The notes under the pieces: generated by a model | Told to the model about the DNA's origin: nothing | Database searches by the model: none | The model's input: only the letters and a program-made list of their open reading frames with translations | Part shown: positions 1 to 8,105 of the stretch, in pieces | How the letters are laid out: the number at the start of each line of letters is the position of its first letter | How positions within the stretch are numbered: position 1 is the first letter of the stretch | Origin: a virus | Taxonomy: Duplodnaviria; Caudoviricetes | IMG/VR virus record: IMGVR_UViG_3300031576_000068 | Coordinates: 1 to 50,092 of that record | Direction: 5' to 3' (one strand) | DNA length: 50,092 nucleotides | Translations under genes and position numbers: made by a program

Positions 1-127
1 AGCCGTGACGACAGGGAAGTCATACATCGCATACATGAGCAAGGCCGACGGCGCGAACCTGAACGCAGGAATCAAGGAAGTCGGCGCGGCATCATGGCTA
101 ACGGCGACACCTACGGGATCACTCACG
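1..127. repeat. Terminal direct repeat, left copy (identical to 49966-50092)
   Basis: AGCCGTGACG...GGATCACTCACG read identically at both ends; 127 nt is a common assembler k-mer overlap, indicating a circular contig. Confidence 0.97.
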
Positions 128-340
128 GTCCTATGGCTCGCGACTGCGGACATGTACCTGAATGCCCAGCGCAACTCGTCTGACACGGCGGACCAGAGCC
201 ACGGCGAGATCGACTACAACGCCGCATGTTGGTGGTACAGCGCTCTGACGCCTGCCGCGATTCAAGCCGGTATCGAGGATCACTTCGGGATCGCCAATCC
301 GTCGGCCGGGTACCCGAGGTCGAGGATCGTCAATGCGTGA
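1..340 (+). CDS. 3' part of junction-spanning LamG/ConA-like domain virion protein (starts at 49484)
   Basis: In frame with the ORF from GTG 49484 once circularised; C-terminal GEIDYNAACWWYSALT resembles the end of LamG-like domains (GxIDExxxxxxALT). Confidence 0.7.
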   Translation, partial: AVTTGKSYIAYMSKADGANLNAGIKEVGAASWLTATPTGSLTVLWLATADMYLNAQRNSSDTADQSHGEIDYNAACWWYSALTPAAIQAGIEDHFGIANPSAGYPRSRIVNA

Positions 341-701
341 TCTCAAGCAAAGCGCCGGTTATGAGTTGATGATCCTTCTCGTGGACTCGGCGGATCATGT
401 GACTGGGAAGACTGGGGTCACACTCACGATCACGGCATCAAAGACCGGAGGCGCTTTCGCATCGATCACGCCGACGGTCACGGAGCGCGGAAGCGGATGG
501 TACGCCGTGTCGCTCAGCTCTTCCCACACCGATTCGCTTGGGGATCTCGCCCTGCACGTCACGGCTACCGGGGCCGATCCGGTTGACGTTGTGTTCCAGG
601 TGATCGCGGTCAACAAGTTCGATGCCGCCGGGTTCGGGCTTTCCAGACTCGATGCGAAGGTGAGCGACCGCGCCCTCGAGAAGCAGTCTCACCTCATCTG
701 A
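333..701 (+). CDS. Virion accessory protein, single Ig-like/BppU-like module
   Basis: 122 aa, overlaps upstream stop; TGKTGVTLT...GSGWYAVSL motif shared with domains in 714-1613 and 5215-6267. Confidence 0.6.
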   Translation: MRDLKQSAGYELMILLVDSADHVTGKTGVTLTITASKTGGAFASITPTVTERGSGWYAVSLSSSHTDSLGDLALHVTATGADPVDVVFQVIAVNKFDAAGFGLSRLDAKVSDRALEKQSHLI

Positions 702-713
702 CGGGGATAAACA

Positions 714-1613
714 GTGCCTCTACCTGGCGGTCGGCTCCAGTTCGGCTCTCAGGACGCGGTAGAGATATCCGTCTACCTCGGAAAGAAGGACGGCACTGGC
801 GGTGCGACCGGGCTCGCAGCCGTCGAACTGATCGCTCTCAAGCCATCCAACGGCGCGAAGGTCACGCTCACCACAAAACTCTTCTCGCAGGTGAACGCGA
901 CCGATGTGCCGGGTGTATACGAGATCAAGGTCCCGGCCTCCGAGTGGCCGGAATTCGGCGTCTATCAGGCGCGGGTGGACCCGGCAGACGCCACGGTCGA
1001 TGAGCCAGAGCCGTTCACGTTCGAACGCCTCTCCGGCGCAGCAACCACCGCGCCTCCGGGTGGGAACAATCTGTGCACGCTGGCCGATGTTCAGGGAATC
1101 GCAGGCGCGACTACCGCGGCGCAGGACTCGATCATCAACGGCATCATCCCGCGCGTATCCGACTTCATTCACACACGATGTCGCAGGAAGTTCCCTGCAC
1201 AAGCGTTCACCGAGACGCACGACGGGAACGGCAAGCCGGACCTGCGCGTCCGCAATCCACCGATAGTCACGCTCACGAGCATTACGATTGATGCCGTGGC
1301 GCAGACTCTAGCTGATCTCAAGGTCTACTCCGGAAGCAACGAGGGGAAGATCTATCACAGCAAGTCGCTCTTCTCACTGGGCCGCCGGAACATCATCGTC
1401 GCCTACAGCGGCGGCTTCTCGACGCTCCCAGGCGAGATCATGGAGGTTGCGATTGAGATGGCCTGGTTCCGGTTCCAGCGGTGGCAGCGGAAGCTCATTG
1501 GGATCGCAGCGGACGAGATAGGGGACGGCGTGAGACGCTACACGGAAGAGGACTTCCTGCCGGGTCACCTCGAGCGACTGAACCCGTGGGTGCTCTACTA
1601 CGGGGCCCTCTGA
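714..1613 (+). CDS. Head-tail adaptor (gp6/gp15-like) with N-terminal Ig-like extension
   Basis: C-terminal half LCTLADV...IHTRCRRKF...ETHDGNG...PPIVTLTSI...NIIVAYSGGFSTLPGEIMEVAIE is typical of head-tail connectors; position after capsid. Confidence 0.8.
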   Translation: MPLPGGRLQFGSQDAVEISVYLGKKDGTGGATGLAAVELIALKPSNGAKVTLTTKLFSQVNATDVPGVYEIKVPASEWPEFGVYQARVDPADATVDEPEPFTFERLSGAATTAPPGGNNLCTLADVQGIAGATTAAQDSIINGIIPRVSDFIHTRCRRKFPAQAFTETHDGNGKPDLRVRNPPIVTLTSITIDAVAQTLADLKVYSGSNEGKIYHSKSLFSLGRRNIIVAYSGGFSTLPGEIMEVAIEMAWFRFQRWQRKLIGIAADEIGDGVRRYTEEDFLPGHLERLNPWVLYYGAL

Positions 1614-2236
1614 TGCCGGACATCGAGATCAGATTCGACGGGGAACGGCTCGGACGCGAAATTGCCTCAGCAGCCCGGCTGATTGCGTCGGGGCTTCCGA
1701 AGGCGATGGACCGCGCATTGCTCGTGCTGGAGCGCCGCGTCAAGGATCGGCACCTTTCCGGGCCTACTGGCTCAACTTCACTTCGGGCACGCAGCGCGAG
1801 GCTCAGGGACTCGATCACATCTCGCCTGACGATCGAGGCTGGCGTTCCGGTCGGTACCGTTGGAACGAAGGTCATCTATGGAAGAACGCATGAATTCGGT
1901 GGCACGATCCGGCCGCGGCGTGGGCGTTTCCTCACCGTCCCGCTTCCGGCTGCGCTCACTCCAGCCGGTGTCGGACGTTTCACCGCGAGGGAGCTCATCA
2001 ACAACCCGGAGCAGGCCGGATTCACGGGAACCTGGATCGCCAAGAGCATCATCTTTGGGCGGCGCGGAAGGACGCAGCGATCGAGGCCCGTACCGCTTTT
2101 TGTCCTCAAGCGGTCTATCAAGCTCCCGGCGCGACCGTTCCTCCTGACATCACTCATCGGGGCCCGGCAGGAGATCGAGGCGATCTTCGGGGAAGAGCTT
2201 GCGCGGGGCCTCGAGTTCGGCGGTGAGGGGGCCTGA
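1613..2236 (+). CDS. Tail completion/virion morphogenesis protein (HK97 gp10 / Mu gpG-like)
   Basis: ATG overlaps upstream TGA; LRDSI...VGTKVIYGRTHEFGGTI...LPARPFL motifs. Confidence 0.8.
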   Translation: MPDIEIRFDGERLGREIASAARLIASGLPKAMDRALLVLERRVKDRHLSGPTGSTSLRARSARLRDSITSRLTIEAGVPVGTVGTKVIYGRTHEFGGTIRPRRGRFLTVPLPAALTPAGVGRFTARELINNPEQAGFTGTWIAKSIIFGRRGRTQRSRPVPLFVLKRSIKLPARPFLLTSLIGARQEIEAIFGEELARGLEFGGEGA

Positions 2237-2239
2237 GGC

Positions 2240-5218
2240 ATGAGGATCCGTTTTGCCGCAGCCGTCATCGTCGTCTTCCTCTCGGCGCTGCCCACGATCT
2301 CGAGGGGCGCGCCTGGCACCTGCACGATGCAGGCCAGCGGGGCGATAAACGGTGGTGATGCCGTCTGGGGCGTCCCCGCCGCCGGATGCCGCGATCTCGG
2401 GAATGGCTGCAACGGGACAGATGCCGGATGCCCGGATTCCGATGATGACGTTCAGGTGAACGGGAAGGCGCTCACCATCGATCGCGGCGCGACCGTAGAC
2501 CGTTTCCTGAACGCGGGTATCAACGGGCAGGTGGTCATCAAGGAAGGGATCACGTTCAAGGCCGCTAATGTCGATGGGAGCAGTTCCGATCCGCTCGCCT
2601 GCGCGACCTGCACTCTGGTGGTGGAGCCTGGCGCCATTCTACAGCTCGTAGGGCCGGACAACGGTGTCGGCGCGACGATCGACGGAACGGCGGTAATCCA
2701 GGGACGGAAGATCGCCGACGTGACACTCGCGGCCTCAACGGGCGGTTGCTCGGGTGGTGGGTCGGATCAGAAGGTTGTCGCATTCACGGCCCCGGTGGCC
2801 GACGCCAAGGTGGGTGACATCCTTCAGATCACAGGCGGCCTAGCGCGTGCGTACACGTTCGAGATCGCGAGCGTCTCTAGCACGAATGCGAAGCAGGTCA
2901 CGCTCAACTTAGCGATGCGGGATCCGTTCCCAAAGTGTTCAAGCGGGAACGCCACAGTTCAGGCGGACAAGCGCAAATTTCAGATCGATGCGGGCGGCCC
3001 GGACTTCGTGACGGCGAATGATCAGGCATACCTCGGGAAGTTTTTAATCATGAGTGGGAGCTACCGAGGGCCAATCGTCGCCTTTTCGTCGGGTACTGGC
3101 GAGCGTGATACCGCGACACTGTTCGCCCCGCAGACGGCGCTCTCCGGGAGCGTCGCCTTCGAGATGGCCTACGGCTTTGAGCTGGGCGGGGATACAGGCG
3201 TCATCTACAGACCTGCGAAGATCGCCAACGGAAGCCCGGCGACATGCGCTGGCGGCGGCACCCGGCAGTGCTCGTTCGGGGTCTGGAATCAGAACGGGTC
3301 GAACACGCGATGGGAGTATGCCGACATAACGGCGGTCGGCGTCGCGTTCATCGGAATCAATGGATCACCTTCAACTGAAGGAGTCGTGGTAAAGCACTTC
3401 TCTGTACATGATCAGCCTGTCAATTTCCCCACACCGCTTGCACTGGGCGGGATCGGAGTGGAGAGCGAACGAATCGCGCTCGAATGGATCGACATCTTCA
3501 ACTACCGAGCCTCGCCAGGCATCGAGTTGACCGGGTCCGGGAACATCCTGCGCAACTCTGTTGTACGCGACATGACGGCCGCACAGGGCGCGGCGTCCGG
3601 CTCGGCCGTGCGCATGGGGCTTCCGTCGACGGTCGGAGAGATCACGGTCGAGGATGTCAATCTGCTTCGCGTGCCGGACGGGATCGTGCTCGGCACAACG
3701 TCGGCCACGACGCAGGCCCGGGTGCGGCGCGTCTGGTGTGTGGGTCGCCAGAGCAACGCGCAGCCGGGATCGTGCGTCACGTTCAACGGTGGTGTCGGCA
3801 TCGACCCTGCGAACACGGCCCGCGGCAAGAACGACGGCGCCGCGCGCGTCTTTTCAAGCGTTTTCATGGGGACGCGCAACGCAATCGTCGGAGCTCCTGG
3901 GACGCGGATCGGCCAAGCGATGCCGCTCGTCAACTCAGTCGCGGCCTATTCGGGTTTTACCGTTGCCGACAACTCGGACGGAGAGTACCGCGGAGACGCA
4001 TGGCACAGCGTCTTGGCCTACAACGCGAGGCACGGGCAGTCCGAGTGCACCTGGTGCGTCGGGTCGATCGCGCGGGACAACGCGAATCAGGGGCTCTCGT
4101 CCCTTGCCGAATATTGTACGAACTCGACCTGTGCGCCGACGCCGTTTGATCGGCATCTGCTAGGGAACATCGCCTACGGGAACGGGACCTCAGCCCTCGG
4201 CTATCAGGAGGTGAACCGTGCGACTGAAGCGCTGCACAATACGTTGGCAAACGATTCGGCTTCTACTTCTCACGGGGCAGATTTCAACCCGGTGAGCACG
4301 CCGTACCCGACCGCGTCGAACCCGACGATCGCCTGTGGCAACGGGGAATGTTCTCAAGCTGGCGGGCAGCGTCCCACATGGTGGATCGCCGCACCGAACG
4401 CGCAGCCGGACGTGACGTTCAGGGACAACCTGATCGGGAAGCAGGGCACGTCAATCACAGGATCCAGAGGAGCATCGTTCAGCGGCACGCGCTTCGGCGC
4501 CGCGGATCTCCTCTCGTCGTTCTCGCACTTCTGGAACTGGGAGGACCCGGACATGGGCGGGTTCACGCCGGCCGCGACCGACGTGGTGAACGGTGCGGCA
4601 CCGTTCGTGAACGCGGACGCGGACGATTACCGGCTGGCGATCACCGCTCTGGGATCGGACGGAAAACCCAAGGGCGCGTCGATCGCCGGTATCGTTGCCG
4701 GGGATGCGGCCATGCCCACTGTCTACAAGGTGCTCAAAGACCAAGGTGAGAAGTTCACCGTCATCGGCGGTGACTTCCTCTTCTCGGTCGATCCGGACGG
4801 GGACAAGAAGGCGAACTTCTTAGACATGGACATGACTGGTAAGCGCGTTCGTTTCGCGTTCCCGACGGCACCGACGCTGCCGGGGAACTCGTGCGGCAAC
4901 CCTACCGACCTCGGAGAGAAGTGTGGAATGCTCAAGCTCAAGCTCTTCCGATCGGATGGAACCGCCGTGTCCAACGAGGCACTCGTGCCGGTGGACGGTG
5001 CCGGGAAGATATGGTCCGTCGCTGAATCGGCCATGGTCCTGCTCTGGTCCGGTATCGAGGACGCCGGGGATCTGCGTGTGGCTCTCCAGATCGGATCGAC
5101 AGAGAGCCCATCAGACGTCTGGCCCATGTCGCGGCCCTACAAGATCCCGCGCTACGTCGTCCCGGTCGGGGGCGCTCTCGCCGAGTCCGGGACGCCTCCG
5201 ATCGGGGGGCCGAGGTGA
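2240..5218 (+). CDS. 992-aa signal-peptide protein with predicted right-handed beta-helix (adhesin/depolymerase-like)
   Basis: N-terminal MRIRFAAAVIVVFLSALPTISRG signal-like peptide; PDSDDDVQV start, Gly/Asn-rich coils, PFVNADADDYRL beta-helix end motif; 20 Cys; DPDGDKKANFLDMD Ca-binding-like motif. Confidence 0.65.
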   Translation: MRIRFAAAVIVVFLSALPTISRGAPGTCTMQASGAINGGDAVWGVPAAGCRDLGNGCNGTDAGCPDSDDDVQVNGKALTIDRGATVDRFLNAGINGQVVIKEGITFKAANVDGSSSDPLACATCTLVVEPGAILQLVGPDNGVGATIDGTAVIQGRKIADVTLAASTGGCSGGGSDQKVVAFTAPVADAKVGDILQITGGLARAYTFEIASVSSTNAKQVTLNLAMRDPFPKCSSGNATVQADKRKFQIDAGGPDFVTANDQAYLGKFLIMSGSYRGPIVAFSSGTGERDTATLFAPQTALSGSVAFEMAYGFELGGDTGVIYRPAKIANGSPATCAGGGTRQCSFGVWNQNGSNTRWEYADITAVGVAFIGINGSPSTEGVVVKHFSVHDQPVNFPTPLALGGIGVESERIALEWIDIFNYRASPGIELTGSGNILRNSVVRDMTAAQGAASGSAVRMGLPSTVGEITVEDVNLLRVPDGIVLGTTSATTQARVRRVWCVGRQSNAQPGSCVTFNGGVGIDPANTARGKNDGAARVFSSVFMGTRNAIVGAPGTRIGQAMPLVNSVAAYSGFTVADNSDGEYRGDAWHSVLAYNARHGQSECTWCVGSIARDNANQGLSSLAEYCTNSTCAPTPFDRHLLGNIAYGNGTSALGYQEVNRATEALHNTLANDSASTSHGADFNPVSTPYPTASNPTIACGNGECSQAGGQRPTWWIAAPNAQPDVTFRDNLIGKQGTSITGSRGASFSGTRFGAADLLSSFSHFWNWEDPDMGGFTPAATDVVNGAAPFVNADADDYRLAITALGSDGKPKGASIAGIVAGDAAMPTVYKVLKDQGEKFTVIGGDFLFSVDPDGDKKANFLDMDMTGKRVRFAFPTAPTLPGNSCGNPTDLGEKCGMLKLKLFRSDGTAVSNEALVPVDGAGKIWSVAESAMVLLWSGIEDAGDLRVALQIGSTESPSDVWPMSRPYKIPRYVVPVGGALAESGTPPIGGPR

Positions 5219-6267
5219 TCTCGAGGCTCAGGATCGGGACGCTGGACGATGCACTGCTCGCCGTTGAGATCGTCGATCTGAACGGTGACCCTCTCGGCGG
5301 ATTGGCCCCGACGGCAACTATCACGGCTCCGAGCGGTGCGACGTTGACACTGCCCGGAGCTGGGGCGCTGGGCGCCGTGACTGGGCTCACGGGGTTCTAC
5401 AGGCTCACCGTCCCGGCCGCGAACTTCTCTGAGGGAGGGCTTCACGCCATCGTGTACGCCCCGAACTCGGCCTCCGCGGCTCCGGTTGCGGGCGCGGCCG
5501 TGAACAGGCTGTCGGCGCTGACGCGTGTAGGGCTTGACACGGGACGGCTCACGATCGGGTTGTTCGAGGATTTGGATCTCTGGGTGTGGATCTCTGATCT
5601 GGCCGGGGCAGGGCTTGGCGGCTTGACGCCGACGCTGTTGCTCCGGGCACCGGATCTATCAGCTGTGAGCCTCCCGTCGTCCACGCTCTCGCCCGTGGCG
5701 GGCGTGACCGGCCTGTACCGGCTGACCGTGTCGCGCACGGTCCTGACACAGACAGGCGGATACTTCGCGCGCGTAGATCCTGTCAGCGCGGCGGCGGCGC
5801 GGGTCCCGGCCGACGTGGTCATGCGCGTGGACCCTCTGGCGGCGACAGGCCAGCCCGTAGGTCAGACGCGCGAGGGCGCATACGAGAACCTGCGCGCGAC
5901 GATCGCAACCGTAGTCGGGATGAAGTCTGCGATTCGCGGGCCGCAGTCATTCGATGAGGTGGCCCCGGACGGGTACCCATACTCGATCATCGTGGATGCC
6001 GCCGACGAGAAGCCGCAGGAGGGCTTCGCGAGGGTGTTCCCTCTCCTAGCGCGCGGGCAAATTGAAGTCCACACGCGTGGGCTCACGGCAACGCAGCTTG
6101 AGGCTCTTTATCTCGACGTCTGGAAGGCGATCATGGTGGACCCGACGCGCGGAGGCGCGGCGTCGAACACCGCCGTCGGCGACTACACGCCGGTCGACTA
6201 CCTACCGGAGCACCAGGGCTTCGTACTTTCGGTGCGGATGCTCCTAACGAAGGTGAACTTGGACTGA
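5215..6267 (+). CDS. Tail terminator-like protein with two N-terminal Ig-like repeats
   Basis: Two ~100-aa internal repeats (RLxIG...GGLxPT...TGxYRLTV); C-terminal YPYSIIVD...AIMVDPTRGGAA resembles tail terminators; precedes tail tube. Confidence 0.65.
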   Translation: MISRLRIGTLDDALLAVEIVDLNGDPLGGLAPTATITAPSGATLTLPGAGALGAVTGLTGFYRLTVPAANFSEGGLHAIVYAPNSASAAPVAGAAVNRLSALTRVGLDTGRLTIGLFEDLDLWVWISDLAGAGLGGLTPTLLLRAPDLSAVSLPSSTLSPVAGVTGLYRLTVSRTVLTQTGGYFARVDPVSAAAARVPADVVMRVDPLAATGQPVGQTREGAYENLRATIATVVGMKSAIRGPQSFDEVAPDGYPYSIIVDAADEKPQEGFARVFPLLARGQIEVHTRGLTATQLEALYLDVWKAIMVDPTRGGAASNTAVGDYTPVDYLPEHQGFVLSVRMLLTKVNLD

Positions 6268-6295
6268 GAGTCTTAGACGGATGTGTGGCAACGGC

Positions 6296-6325
6296 AGCCT
6301 GGGCGCGAGCCCGGGCTTTTGTTTT
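6296..6325 (+). terminator. Rho-independent terminator-like hairpin upstream of tail tube gene
   Basis: AGCCTGGGC-GCGA-GCCCGGGCT followed by TTTGTTTT. Confidence 0.7.
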
Positions 6326-6338
6326 AGGGGGATGAGAC

Positions 6339-7910
6339 ATGGCGCTCGTGAGAACGCAGCGGATCTCGTACAGCCGCGAGGGCAAGAAGCACACCGCGTC
6401 CGATGCTGAGATCACCGTCCGGCCGGAGAGCGCGATCAAGGTAACGAGCGTGACCAGCCAGACCCTCTTCAAGGACTCGGTCCGGTCCGGTGGGGGTGGT
6501 GACGCCGACGATTTCTGGAAGGACTCCTACCTCGTCTCGGCTACTGGCGCGAATGCCGGGAAGGCTCGGCGCATCACGGCCTTCGCGAACGTGGACGGCG
6601 CCTTCACGATCGCCTCGGCCTTTCCGAACACCGTCGCTGTGAACGACCTCTTCGCCATCAAGCGTTTCGTGAACGCGAACGATGTTGAGTTCTCCCCAGA
6701 CCTGAACCGGATCGTCAGGAACACGCTCGGGAAGGGGCTCGGGCGTTCGATCCCGATCACGATTCTCGAGGGGGCCTCGGCTGCGTTCTCGGCCCATGTC
6801 ACCGGCTCAGGCACCTATCCGGCCGCAGACACCGCCCTCCTTAGCCCACCACTCTCCGACCTCTACCGCGCGGCGATGGGGAAGGCGACGAGCGACAAAC
6901 CGTCGGCCGTGAGCGGTGGTGCCTCGACGACTGCGGTGGTTGATATCACGACCGGGAAACACGAGCAGTTCTCGATCGGAAACCTCGTGCTCGTTGAGGA
7001 CGTGAACGCCTCCGGCATCATCATCGATGAGGCGCGCTGGATCGTCGGGAAGACGGACGGCGGTGCTGGAGTGGACCAGCTCCACGTCAAGCCCGCTTTC
7101 ACGGTCGCGCCGGCTACCGGGAAGCGGGTCTACGCGTCCACCACGTTCGGGATGATCACCTCGGGCCATCCGAGGGTCACGATCGAGATCTATCAGCCGG
7201 ACGGGACGACCGACGGCCAGGTCGTGATCCTGCGGAACTGCCTCGCGAACCTGGAACTATCCGGTGACGCCTCGAACCTCCTGGCCGTGAAGTTCGACGT
7301 TGTCGGGAGCGAGCTCTCCGTCTCGTCCATGGGTGCCTCGCACTTCTCGCGGACGATTTCGAACTCGGAGGTGGACGACGAACCCACGGCGTTCGGGCCG
7401 GTCCAGACCACAAATGGTGAGTTCGGATTCCGCACTGCACCGGCTGCGAGCGCGACAGGAACGGCCTACTCTGGCAGCCTTCGCGACGGCACGAAGATCA
7501 CCCTCGCGAACGGGAACACGATCGCGAGGAAGCGTACCTTTAACTCCTCGACCGGCGTTGCATCGACCTTTGTCTCCGCGCGCAACCCGACGCTCTCTCT
7601 CAGCCTCTATCTCGAAGGCGCGTTCCCCGACTTCGCGGATCTCAAGGACGCCGTGATCAAGGATCTTCAAGTCCAGTTCTTCGGCAACAAGGAGGTCTCC
7701 GCAGTCGTCAAGGGAACGGTGTTCGCGTTGCGCGTGCCGTACGCAATCGTGAGCGACTACAAGCAGGGAGATCAGGATGGGGTGCTCACGCTGGATCTCA
7801 CGATGGAGCCAGCCGTGGACAAGAGCGAGGGATTCGAGGATCCGGATCTGGGCGGCGTTGCCCACAATTCGCCGCTCATCGATGACGAGTTCCGGTTCGG
7901 CATCGTCTAG
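6339..7910 (+). CDS. Major tail tube protein with inserted accessory domains
   Basis: 523 aa; tube-like core (LSDLYRAAMG, RNCLANLELSG, ITLANGNT, ARNPTLSLSL, GDQDGVLTLDL); located just before tape measure. Confidence 0.75.
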   Translation: MALVRTQRISYSREGKKHTASDAEITVRPESAIKVTSVTSQTLFKDSVRSGGGGDADDFWKDSYLVSATGANAGKARRITAFANVDGAFTIASAFPNTVAVNDLFAIKRFVNANDVEFSPDLNRIVRNTLGKGLGRSIPITILEGASAAFSAHVTGSGTYPAADTALLSPPLSDLYRAAMGKATSDKPSAVSGGASTTAVVDITTGKHEQFSIGNLVLVEDVNASGIIIDEARWIVGKTDGGAGVDQLHVKPAFTVAPATGKRVYASTTFGMITSGHPRVTIEIYQPDGTTDGQVVILRNCLANLELSGDASNLLAVKFDVVGSELSVSSMGASHFSRTISNSEVDDEPTAFGPVQTTNGEFGFRTAPAASATGTAYSGSLRDGTKITLANGNTIARKRTFNSSTGVASTFVSARNPTLSLSLYLEGAFPDFADLKDAVIKDLQVQFFGNKEVSAVVKGTVFALRVPYAIVSDYKQGDQDGVLTLDLTMEPAVDKSEGFEDPDLGGVAHNSPLIDDEFRFGIV

Positions 7911-7913
7911 GAG

Positions 7914-8102
7914 ATGGATATGCTCGTTCCGGTCTGGGTTCTCATCGCCGTCGGCTTCCTCGCTGGAACCTTCACGGGTGCCTTCTTTGTACTCGTGCTC
8001 ATGGTTGCGCGCACACGGATCAGGACCGAGGTCACGAATGATCTGCTCGGGCTGCTCAGGCTTGTTCGGCCGGACGCCGGGCCTGAAATAGTAAAGGAGT
8101 AG
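7914..8102 (+). CDS. Small membrane protein between tube and tape measure genes
   Basis: 62 aa, long hydrophobic N-terminal segment, AGGAG RBS. Confidence 0.6.
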   Translation: MDMLVPVWVLIAVGFLAGTFTGAFFVLVLMVARTRIRTEVTNDLLGLLRLVRPDAGPEIVKE

Positions 8103-8105
8103 GGC

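Noticed and set aside
1-127. Biological terminal repeat (T7-like)
   Set aside because: Falls mid-gene and its length matches a common assembly k-mer; the terminase is GpA-like
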